Shown here: positions 1 through 11,300 of the stretch, piece by piece
Layout of the letters: every line of letters starts with the position of its first letter
How positions within the stretch are numbered: the stretch's first letter is position 1
NCBI GenBank assembly: GCA_002269645.1
Contig: NIVC01003657.1
Coordinates: 1 to 51,001, forward strand
Source: Macrostomum lignano
Lineage: Eukaryota
Reading direction: 5' to 3'
DNA: 51,001 nt
Notes under the pieces: generated by a model
Told to the model about the DNA's origin: nothing
The model's input: the letters and a program-made list of their open reading frames with translations, nothing else
The model's database searches: none
Translations under genes and position numbers: made by a program

Positions 1-519
1 GATTGTTTTATTGTATAATTGGCAATTTTAGAGTCACCAGAACAGCTCTAAGCTTCATTTAGTTGATTAGTAATTGTCTGGTGAATTGCTGAAATGAAAT
101 CAATTAAAGCATAATAAATTTTATCAGGCAATCTATTATCCGAACAAAATATACAATTTTTATTAGACTGCACAGCCAGAAATATGTCTTACCAGCAATG
201 ACGAGAAGATACTCAGTTTAAAAGCCACTACATCAATCACCTTTCTGGAGTGACGCCCTGTTCAAAAACTGATTTTCTAATTGCTTTCGCAAGTCTGTGA
301 GGCTCTGGCCGATTGAAATGCAGAAAAATTCGGTTAAAAAACGTGCTATATGTACCTGTTTGTAAGCACGTGCTTCAATCGGAGCCATTAACAGGTTAAA
401 TGTAAAGTGTAACCTCTAGAGCACCCGTTTTGTGCATGCCCCTTTGTGCTGCGATTGAGTGAAGTCACGACATACATGTAGTGAAAAGCTTGTCTAAGCT
501 GACTTCCGTTCGTGAGGGC

Positions 520-945
520 AGTCCTGCAGTCCGAGGTACTAGTGTTGTTCCAGGCGGTGGTCGAGACCGTCCTGCTGTACAGCGGACTTGCTCGAGCGAC
601 AAGTAGATGCCGCGCCGCCTTCAAGATCGGAGACGAGCGAGTCACCAAAGCGACACTGTATCGCCGCGCCAGCCTGGTCCGTCAGCGACCCATTGTGCCG
701 TGACGATTGCACCTTATCAGGCCACATCATCGCGCCGAGTCCACTGTTCACATCTGGTGCAGGAGGTACTGCTGCTGACGCAGGGACAGGCGCGCATCGG
801 CATTTCGTCGACTGCCTGCTGACTGACGCTGGCGCCTCGGACTCGGTCGGCGGCGTGGCCTTCGTTCGCAACGTGGCTCAAAGGCGCGACATGTGAAGCT
901 GCCGTTTAAAGACCTTGACAGCGTATTTTGCTGTTTTTGTATTTT
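520..945 (+). mobile_element. Degenerate 3' fragment of a non-LTR retrotransposon (RTE-like C-terminus)
   Basis: Broken frames give ETVLLY, AAFKIG.ERVT.A.LYRR, GHII, QEVLLLT and FVDCLL.DAGA, then a GCGTATTTTG/TTG-rich tail. Colinear at DNA level with the minus-strand copy at 36201-36754. Multiple indels. Confidence 0.8.
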
Positions 946-1456
946 GATCGATAACTTATGCAGCTTGGACAGCTTGGACCTTCTCTTACTCGAGAAGCTC
1001 TTTAATGCGGAACCGTCCAACACATCCTGTCCAGATTCCACTTTTCCAATCGCGGACATGCGAACGAAAATGGGAGCAGCAATCCAAAATGGGAAAAGTG
1101 TAAATTCACTAACAACACACAGCAAGCCTGCGTTAGCTCCATGTTTCTCGGCATCTTATATACCCATCAGGATGAATTACGACACTGTTCGAATGGTACT
1201 TCGTAACTGGTCCACTGTAACCATCTTGGAGTTTGAACGGGTTCCCGTAATGCAGTATAGAAAGGGCATGCTATAAAAGTACATAATATCACGAGCCCTC
1301 ACAGATGATCGCGAGCACATTTCCGTCACTTGTAGAATTGAGCTTTGAAACTAAAGTACATGTACAGCATAGTCTAATGCATCGGAAGTTGTACGTGTAT
1401 TAGCATGGCTTGGGCAAGATTTTTTTTATAAGAGGGGCCGCAACCCTTGCCAGTAT

Positions 1457-1595
1457 TTGGTGGGCGTCACTGTCTCTCAGAGGGCGCCTTTGTCTCTTGT
1501 TGGTGGGCGCCCCTGTCTCTTGGTGGGCCTCTATCTCTCTCTCTCTCAGAGGGCGCCCCTGTCTCTTAATTGGTGGGTGCCGCTGTCTCTTGGTG
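1457..1595. repeat. Degenerate ~20-24 bp tandem repeat (TGGTGGGCGCCCCTGTCTCT-like, ~6 copies)
   Basis: Direct reading of the sequence. Confidence 0.75.
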
Positions 1596-2290
1596 AACGT
1601 ACCAGGTAATTCGTCGAGATTGGTCGCCTCTTTCACTTCGTTTTTTAAGAATTGGAGAAGTGAAATTTTAGGGCGATTAAGGCGAATACGGCCCTGCGTC
1701 CGCCCCTGACATGGATGATTGTATGATCTAAAAGAGAAAACGAAGTAACGAAGCAATTTCAAAATAATCGTCTGCAGCAATCCGAAATCAATAGTCGAAA
1801 AAAATTGCATCGCAAAACATGATTTGTGCCTTTTTGTGGACTCCAAATACCAATGAATTGTCACGATTCAATTTTTCGCAGGTGATAAACAGCCGCCTTA
1901 TGCCACTCGACTTATTTATTGGAGGATAGCTCTGCACTTAAAAGGTGGAAAACAAGAGAACGCATGCGCATATCGGTATGGATTATCCATTGAAAGCAGA
2001 TGGGCCGTGACTTACAGATGATTCTACTGACCTCACTATCTGACTAGCAGCAGTTTCAGGGGCAGCTGAAATCAAGCGCATTCGAAAACTGCTTTGTCAG
2101 CGTATTCTCGGGCGTCAGGGCGTTTCCTTCCAGTCTCAATAGTTTATAAAAGCGAAAATCGAAAACAGTGGCTGAATAACAATTCGAGTCAGAGTTCTCC
2201 CATTCAACCAGATTGGGAAACTTCAGCCTATATTTTACTAGAATCTGTTACTAATCTGTTCAGACGGACTGAGCAATCGCATCGATAGCA

Positions 2291-2355
2291 ATGAGGATGC
2301 TAGCGTCGGCTACCAGTCTCATGCTGGTTGCCACTGCGCTACTGACAACTGTCCG
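2291..2355 (+). CDS. Exon 1 of giant gene: signal peptide MRMLASATSLMLVATALLTTVR
   Basis: ATG at 2291, hydrophobic core, CG|GTGAG donor in phase with the acceptor at 2457 (continues RAHPKTG). Confidence 0.85.
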
Positions 2356-5300
2356 GTGAGTTTGATACTACTCTAAGTAAGCAGTTTTGATTACTATATG
2401 CATCTACACTGTAAAGCTAATAGAAATGGTCCTTTTTCATTTTTTCAACAAAATTAGCGCCCATCCCAAGACTGGTCTTTCACCCACGGTGAGGGACCCG
2501 GTGGTCAAGTGCGGCAACGCTGACTACGTTATAGTGCTGAACCTGCAGCGCAAAGACTTCGACAGTTTGACAGCCTATCAGCAGCAGATGACTGCTGTTG
2601 TCGCTCGCGCCCGCCTCCTCACTGAGAACGACATCGGCGTCGGCTTTGTAGCCTTCTCCAAGAAGGTCGAGCACACGATACCGGTGACGCGCAATCTGAC
2701 GCTAGTGCAGCGCAAACTCAACCGGCTGCTGTCCCAGCTTCCGCGGTTCGACGGAATCGCCACGGGAGACGCCATGCTGGCTGCCAAGCACCTGCTCGCC
2801 AAGTACCACCACCAGCTGGTTGAGGTGGGAAGACGCAAGTGCAAGCTGCTGGCTGTGGTGGCAGTGGGTGGCGACCGAAACGCTGGCACTCACCGCACGT
2901 TCGCCGCGTCGACGCAACTGCGCCGTGTTGCCTCGCACGTATTTGCAGTCAACCTGGCGGGCGGAGCCTCTCCGTGAGTTGATTGAACTGCAGGCAGTCT
3001 CATTTTTGCTAGCGTTTGAGTGGGGAAGACTTTTGCTTCGATTTTGTCTGCTTAATCTTGATTATTTCATCCAATTCCATCCCCAATTAAATTTTGTAAC
3101 CGTCTCTCGTCTCTCTAATGCACTTCCTGCAGCAAAGAGCTCTACAGAATCGCTAGCGACGGAACGCGTGGCATCTTCGACGCGTCCAACATTGTTGAAG
3201 TCCTCACCAAGACCGAGGCCTACGCCCAGGTGTTCTGTCCGTGCCCGCTGTCCTGGACCACCTATGACAACTGCACAGTCCGGGGCCGGGCGCAGGTGCA
3301 GCGCTTCTTCTACAATCGATCGGAGGAGTTGCCGCACAATTGCATCAGAAAGTTAGCGATTTCGTTCGAGCCGTGTGGTAAGCCCTTTTTTATTGCTTTT
3401 TAACAACAGTTCAATTTTAAAGTATTCTTATGGATGATCGTGGATTGTACTACATTGTTGCGCCTTGAGCAAAGCCCACGAGATCTAGAAGACCAGCAGC
3501 AAGTCAGAGCCACTGCATGCAGCCTGCACGAGTCGTGCTTATGCATCCACACGCACATTTATGCTCGCGCTTACTCGAAGGGGTGTGAAATTATTGTAGG
3601 TTAGAATTGGCGAACTCTGTGAGACGCTGCTGATGACAGCTAAATGCACAGCACTTCTAAGTAGTGGCTGACATGCTTAAACAGACAGAATCAGGGGACT
3701 GGGAGTGGCTCTCAGGTCAAAAGTGCCAAAATATTCGCATAAGTCACCAGCTAACTCTCATCGCCAACAGATTGCCCTCCAAATCGAGTTGAGCGAAGCG
3801 AATGCGTCAACGGATTCATTCGAATCTCCACCTTTGTGTACTCCCGGCCTGACAACAACAGCGACTGTACGGAGTCCGTGACCACCCAGACTGAGGCCTG
3901 CGGCAGGGCCACCGGCTGCGAGTCCTTTGTGTGTCCGCCGGGGTCCGTGTGCGTTAACGGCACCAATAACAGTGAGTTGAGAAACGCTAAATAACTCGCG
4001 GTCTTCATACTCGTAAAATTATTTATATAACATCAAATTGGATGTGAATTGAGCACAAAATGGAGCCCGAACTTTGCGCTCTGGGTCCAACTACATCGAA
4101 ACGATTTCTTGTCGGCTTACCTGACTAGAAACACTGAGATACCAAATTCGAGTCTTCTCTATTGGGTTCTAGCATAGAATGGGATGGATTGGGTGGTGTG
4201 ACGTTCTATTTAGACTATACTGAGAAAAGTAGACGTGTACAATTTAGGTTGTAAAATCTCTCTCATACCTGGAAAGATGCCGCCTTAAAAGAAGACAGCA
4301 TAAAAGAAAGAAAAGTCTGTGCACACGGAATGCTGGGAGAGGGGCCCACTGACCAAGGCAAACAAGCCGAGGTTCAACCCCCACTTTTAGTGTGTCACAT
4401 GTGGGTTTCTTGATGTTTCTAGTTATTGATATCTCGGTGATGCTACTCGCTTCAAAGGCATTGTTTTCGATGAAACTGCGCCGTACCTCACAGTATTTCG
4501 TAGTATACATAAATTGCAACATATGTATCTCTTCAGCAGATCTGAAGTCTCGTCACAGTGACACTGAATGCGCCCTATCTCCACCAGGGGCATCACCAGC
4601 GGAAGGACATGCCCCCCCCCGATTAAAGCTATGGGGGGCATGTCTATGCTTTCGCCCCGGCACCACCTCGTGACCTGTTATGAAAATCTAGAACTTCTCT
4701 TCAGGCGCCAAAATAAGTCCCTTCATTGCCAAAAAAATCAGTACTGACGTCTAGGATTCTTGATTTTGCAACCTCCACCAAAAAACCCATGGCCAGGGGC
4801 TTGATCTCAACCACTCTACATTCACAGCCATCAGATGCAACTGCACGAATCCCAACGACATCTTCAAGACCACTGGCTGCGAGAGCTGCGGCGACCGCTC
4901 CCCGCTCACCCGCTACGGACCCTGCATTAACCGCCAGCGCACTGTCGTGGTGACCACCTTCACCAGGATCAACGACACCTACTGTCACCACGTTTTCAAC
5001 ATGCGGAAAGAGAATTGCTCAGGTAGGAAATGGGAGCTGCCTCCTGATCAGAGATCGGGGGTCAGACGATCAGAAGTTTGGGAGGTCATCCTGACAGTTG
5101 GGAGGGGAGGTCATCCTGACAGTTGGGAGGGGAGGTCATCCTGACAGTTGGGAGGGGAGGTCATCCTGACAGTTGGGAGGGGAGGTCATCCTGACAGTTG
5201 GGAGGGGAGGTCATCCTGACAGTTGGGAGGGGAGGTCATCCTGACAGTTGGGAGGGGAGGTCATCCTGACAGTTGGGAGGGGAGGTCATCCCGAGAGTTG

Positions 5301-8300
5301 GGAGGGGAGGTCATCCTGACAGTTGGGAGGGGAGGTCATCCTGACAGTTGGGAGGGGAGGTCATCCTGACAGTTGGGAGGGGAGGTCATCCTGACAGTTG
5401 GGAGGGAGGTCATCCGAGAGTTGGGAGGGGAGGTCATCCTGACAGTTGGGAGGGGAGGTCATCCTGACAGTTGGGAGGGGAGGTCATCCTGACAGTTGGG
5501 AGGGGAGGTCATCCTGACAGTTGGGAGGGGAGGTCATCCTGACAGTTGGGAGGGGAGGTCAACCCGAGAGTTTGGAGGGGAGGTTATCCTGACAGTTGGG
5601 AGGGGAGGTTATCCTGACAGTTGGGAGGGGAGGTTATCCTGACAGTTGGGAGGGGAGGTCATCCTGACAGTTGGGAGGGGAGGTCATCCTGACAGTTGGG
5701 AGGGGAGGTCATCCTGACAGTTGGGCTATAGCTTGTGATGACTTTGCGCTAACTCACAGACTTTCACTCCATGTGCTAAGCGACTTACAAAGATGAGTAT
5801 GAATAATTGAAATCAATAATTTCGAACTCGCCAGCCTGCCAAGGCAGCGGCAGCAGGCAGTTCGGGCCATGCGTCCGGGGCTATCAGCAAGTGACGGTGA
5901 CCCTCTACAGGCTGAGGGGCGGCCGGTGCTACAAGAGCCTGAAAACTTTTCAACGGCCTTGCCGACTTCAATCCGAGTACCGTGAGTGACTTTTGCAGTT
6001 TGCTTTTAAAATAAGGGATTCAGGAAGTGACTCAGTAGCATTGAATGACCGAGATTCAGGAAGTGACTCAGTAGCATTGAATGACCGAGATTCAGGAAGT
6101 GACTCAGTAGCAGAGAGTGACCGAGATTCAGGAAGTGACTCAGTAGCATTGAGTGACCGAGATTCAGGAATTGACTCAGCGGCAGAGAGTGACCGAGATT
6201 CAGGAAGTGACTCAGTGGCATTGAGTGACCGAGATTCAGGAAGTGACTCAGTGGCAGAGAGTGACCGAGATTCAGGAAGGGACTCAGTAGCATTGAGTGA
6301 CCGAGATTCAGGAAGTGACTCAGTAGCATTGAGTGACCGAGATTCAGGAATTGACTCAGCGGCAGAGAGTGACCGAGATTCAGGAAGGGACTCAGTAGCA
6401 TTGAGTGACCGAGATTCAGGAAGTGACTCAGTAGCAGAGAGTGACCGAGATTCAGGAAGTGACTCAGTAGCATTGAGTGACCGAGATTCAGGAATTGACT
6501 CAGCGGCAGAGAGTGACCGAGATTCAGGAAGTGACTCAGTGGCAGAGAGTGACCGAGATTCAGGAAGGGACTCAGTAGCATTGAGTGACCGAGATTCAGG
6601 AAGTGACTCAGTGGCAGAGAGTGACCGAGATTCAGGAAGGGACTCAGTAGCATTGAGTGACCGAGATTCAGGAAGTGACTCAGTAGCATTGAGTGACCGA
6701 GATTCAGGAAGTGACTCAGTAGCATTGAGTGACCGAGATTCAGGAAGTGACTCAGTAGCAGAGAGTGACCGAGATTCAGGAAGTGACTCAGTGTTAGAGA
6801 GTGACCGAGAGTTGGAGTCAGAGTCAGGTGCGCCATGCAAGCCGCATCCGTGACCCGCCCTGAGCAGAGTGCATCGGCAGCGCTCTGAGCGGCGGCCAGT
6901 TTCTCACCTACGACGGCCAGCTGATTGACTTTCCGGGGCCCTGCGAGTATCTGCTGAGCGAGAGGCAAGGCCACTTCCAGGTGCGAGTCCGGCACGCCAT
7001 CAAATTCCCCAGCCTGCCGCAGCTCACCCAGCTTGACGCCATCGTCATCGTGATGGGCAACAGGAGCTACGAGCTCGCGAACAACCTCGTCTTTAAGGTT
7101 GGTTGGCTTCCTGAAACAGACTAGTTATCACTATAGCGAGTTCGATAGACAGCTTTCTTTAATACTAATCCTATTCGAATCCTCTCTTCCCCAGCCGCAC
7201 CCCCTTTGAGGTCCCGCATCCCCACCCTGATAACCATTCAGACCCCACTTCCCCACCCTAATCCGCATTCAGGCCCCACTTCCCCAACTTGATCCCCATT
7301 CAGATCCCACTTCCCCACCCTAATCCGCTTTCAGATCCACTTCCTCACCCTGATCCCCATTCCGATCCCACTTCCCCACCCTAATCCGCATTCAGGCCCC
7401 ACTTCCCCAACTTGATCCCCATTCAGATCCCACTTCCCCACCCTAATCCGCTTTCAGATCCACTTCCTCACCCTGATCCCCATTCCGATCCCACTTCCCC
7501 ACCCTGATCCCCATTCAGACTCCCCATCCAAAACTTGATCCCCTCTTAGAGCTTCATTCCTCAAACCATATCCATATACTAAAATTCACTTTCTAATCTC
7601 GATTCCCATGCCATTTTCAGACCCTCGAAGTCCCAATTCGACACTCCTAATCTCCAGCCAATCTTACCGAACTTACCGAAATCTTGCCGTGATCCCTTCC
7701 CCCGAGTAAATCAAAGCACTGATTCGCATTCACTACAATCTCAAGAGATCCCCCGATCCCGTTGCCGCAGGTGGGCGCCGTGGCGCAGCCGCTGCCCTAC
7801 TCGGACGCGGCCAGCGGAATCGAAGCGATCTACAGCGACGACGCGCTGGTGTTTGCGGCCGGCGACCTGTACGTGCAGATGCGCGGCTCGGCCGCCACCA
7901 TCAATGTGCGCTCCGGGGCCGGCGGCCTTCGCGGCATCCTGGGCAACTGCAACGGCAGCCCGGGTGATGACTTCACGAATAGCAGCGGCCAGGACGTGTC
8001 GCAGCAGTCAAATCCTAGCGCGGCTCTTGGGAACAGCTTCCGAGTGAGACCTGCTTGGGCTGGGGTCGGTGGGAGAGGGGAGAGGGGGGAGAGGTGGGTC
8101 TTGGTCGCGCGATGTCCTGAGCCTGAGAGTGGTTAAGAGTGTGCGCTGGCTGATAATGAAACAGTATCGTATCAGAATCATAAGCTTTCGGTCTAAACGT
8201 CACTATGTTTGCATTTTATTTTTATGAGCTTTGAATAAACTGTGAATTCCGTTGGCTTCAATTTCTTTCTAACTTTCTCTCTCCAGTTGACGACCTGCTC

Positions 8301-11300
8301 AACAGCAGACTGCTGCTCGCTGCCGGACACAGCGCCAGCTTGCGGCACCAACGCCAGCATGGAGGCGGCTTCCGTGTCCAACTGCGGCCACCTGACGGCG
8401 GACGCCATGTCGCCCTTTGCTCACTGCGGCCAGACAGCCATGCAGCCGCTGTTCAGGGCCTGCATCTCGCTCTACTGCCGAGCCAAAGGTAATAGGCAAC
8501 ATTTTATTGATGTTTGTCTTAAGTATGAAAGTAGATTTTGTAGGAATCCGAGTTTGATAAGTTCGAACTGCGCTCGTAGTTTTTACTTTTCAAGGTATAT
8601 TTAGAATTAAAAATACTTGAGGGCGCTTGGTTACCAGGCAATAAGGCGATATCACCAATCTTGATTAATTTCGCAGCTAACACAATGTGGCAACGCTCGC
8701 TTGTGTGCAGCACCCTCGAGGCTGCAGCCTTCCGTTGCTACTTGCAGCAGCAGAACGGCACCCAACGGAGCCGTTATCCGATATTCCGGTCGTCTAACTT
8801 CTGTCGTAAGCATCTTTTAGGACCAATACTCACATTTTTTTCATCCCAATTTTCAAGATCCCTGAAAGAAATCCGAATCTTTCGCAGCAAAATCCTGCGG
8901 TCACAATGCTGAATTCGTTGACGATGCTGACTTTTGCCCGAGGACCTGCGCGCGTCACTTCTTTAACAGCCAGTCGCTGGGCTGCGTGACGCCATTCGGC
9001 TTCAGATCAAGGAACGTGAACGGCCAGTCGCCGCTGCCAGGCTGCCAGTGCAAGCCGGGCTTCGTGCTGGATGGAAGCAACTGCGTGCTACCCAATGAGT
9101 GCGAGTGCATCTCCAACCTGTGCATCGACCGGCAAAACCGGACAGTCTGCGAGGCGTGGAAGGCGCAGGGCTACTGCGACAAGTACCCGCTGCAGATGCG
9201 TCGCTACTGCAAGCTCACCTGCGACCAGTGCCAGGCGCCGTGCCAGGACCAGATCAGCAAGACGACATGCCAAACGATCAAGTCGCAGGGCAGGTGCAGC
9301 GACAGCTTCTACAAGCAGATGTGCCAGCTGACTTGCAATCCGAGTGACTGCGGTAGGTTTCAAAACCAGGTTTAATCTTAATCACAGATCATAGAATCAG
9401 CTAGATTTTTTACTTGCAAAAGCAGAGCGTATCCTTTTTTCAGTAGTCTGTCTGTGCAGTGTCACTTAAATTTGAAGCTAAAATTACATTTCCTTCCTCG
9501 GGGTTTGCCGCTGCATGAGCAGGTGGGTAAAGAATGAGCAAGCAAGCGATGTACACAGGTGAACGCAAGACGGACGAAACTCAGCCTAGGGGCAGGCCCA
9601 ATCTGGCTTAGCCAATGAGAGAGCAGTAAGGAGAGAGGTCAAAGTCAGACACAAGCCAAACTGTTTATGGGCCTGGCTGGAGGCTGGGGCGCCACCCCTT
9701 TTCTCTCTTGCTCGCCATGCACACGTCCGCCGAGCACGATTTGTGTTTTTACGTTTTCCTGTAATTTTTGGATTTGAGCTCATTCCTTTTTATTAAATAA
9801 TTTAGAGCCGGAGGCAGTCTGGAGTCGTTACAGTAGAATGAGGATGCTGATATCTGCAGGCAGAAATTGTTTTCTTTCTGGGTCTGCTTGTAGAGACCCA
9901 GAGGCGATTGCTGCAGCTTCAAAAAAGTTTTAATAACTTCTAAAATTTAATAGATAGGAACTTAAATGTGAATATCTGGAATTCCACAATTCCAGAATGT
10001 CCGCCCTGCAAAACCGTCCGCGGCCCATGCGACTCGCAGAACAAAAACCGCCGGGTCGTCACGTACTGCTACGCTCGCTGCCAGCGCAGCAGTCCAGCAG
10101 CGTCTACGAACCCTGCGGCGACTGCCAGGAACAGCAGCAGCGGGTGGACACTCGTCCTGCAACTACTGCACTCAGCGAGCAGGTGACCAGGATTGTGCGG
10201 ACAGTTCGCGAGACCCGAGATGCGGCGACTGCCAGGAACAGCAGCAGCGGGTGGACACTCGTCCTGCAACTACTGCACTCAGGAGCAGGTGACCAGGATT
10301 GTGCCAGTTCGCGAGACCACAGGCGAGATGCGCTGCATTGAGGTGAACTCAAACATGACCACCAGGAGTCCCGGCTGCGAGTGCCAAACGAACACCAACA
10401 GGACTGTGTGCTACCGCAACTCTGAACTATACGTCATCAACACCGTATCAGCACCCTCCGCTGACTGCGCCACCTGCAACACCACAGTCACGGAGACCCG
10501 ACTGCGCAACGTCACCTGCACAAAGGTTGTTAAGCGCGGTGAGTGCGACCAAGTTGTCACCAAGCGACGGCCAGTGACAGTGACGCGCGGAATTGTGCGC
10601 AACTGCCAATGCGACCTGATCACGGAGCAGTATGAGGAAATGTGCGTCTGCCCGAAGCCGCACTGGACGCCAACAATTTGCCATCGCAACCGCGCAAAAC
10701 TGCGCTGGTTTGTAGCTTTCAGTCTCGTTCATGGCCGCTGCGTGCCGATTGTGAAGCCGCACAAGCACCGCGTGCCGTGTCCAAGGCGGCATCACGTCAA
10801 GTACAAATGCAAGAGCTGCAATCGATATAAGTTGCATTCCTGGTACGAGCGGCGTCATTGCCGTTGTATTCGAAAAAAGAAGACAGTTGAAGCTGGACGA
10901 TGCTGTGAGCCTTTTAGAATTCTTACTGCTACTCTCGTACTTACCTGCACTGTAATAAAACACTATGGCTTATTGTATCTTACTTTGGTTTAAATCTTTC
11001 TATTTTGCAGGCTGCCCTAAACCGAAGAAGGTACGCGGCGAGTGCATAGGCCAGCATAGGCGCATTTTAATCACCCATTACACGCTGGACAACTACGAAT
11101 GCCAGGAAGACACTCGAGAGATTTCTGAGCGCTGCGGCTGTCCGCCATCAAGGCCGATTAAAGAGTGCGACGGTGAGACTGGCATGATAACCGTAGGCAA
11201 ACTGGTCTTCAAGCTGGTCGATGGAACCTGCGAAGAGGTTCGACAAGTAAAGACAGAGCCTACAGGTGAGTGCAGTCTATCGTATCGTTTCGGGTTTTCT

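Noticed and set aside
1400-1864. 154-aa minus-strand ORF
   Set aside because: Its repetitive part comes from the ~21-bp tandem repeat; no recognisable domain.
4244-4522. FIENNAFEASSITEISI resembling a BspA-type leucine-rich repeat
   Set aside because: A single short match inside an intron with no neighbouring repeats; compatible with chance.
4606-4644. 12-bp stem hairpin GACATGCCCCCC...GGGGGGCATGTC
   Set aside because: Real but low-complexity; most likely a transposon-end remnant, with no partner terminus or TSD found.
5968-6995. Minus-strand ORFs (ATESLPESRSLS)n and (SHFLNLGHSMLL)n as nested antisense genes
   Set aside because: Explained by the 36-bp period; no flanking exons or signal sequence on the minus strand.
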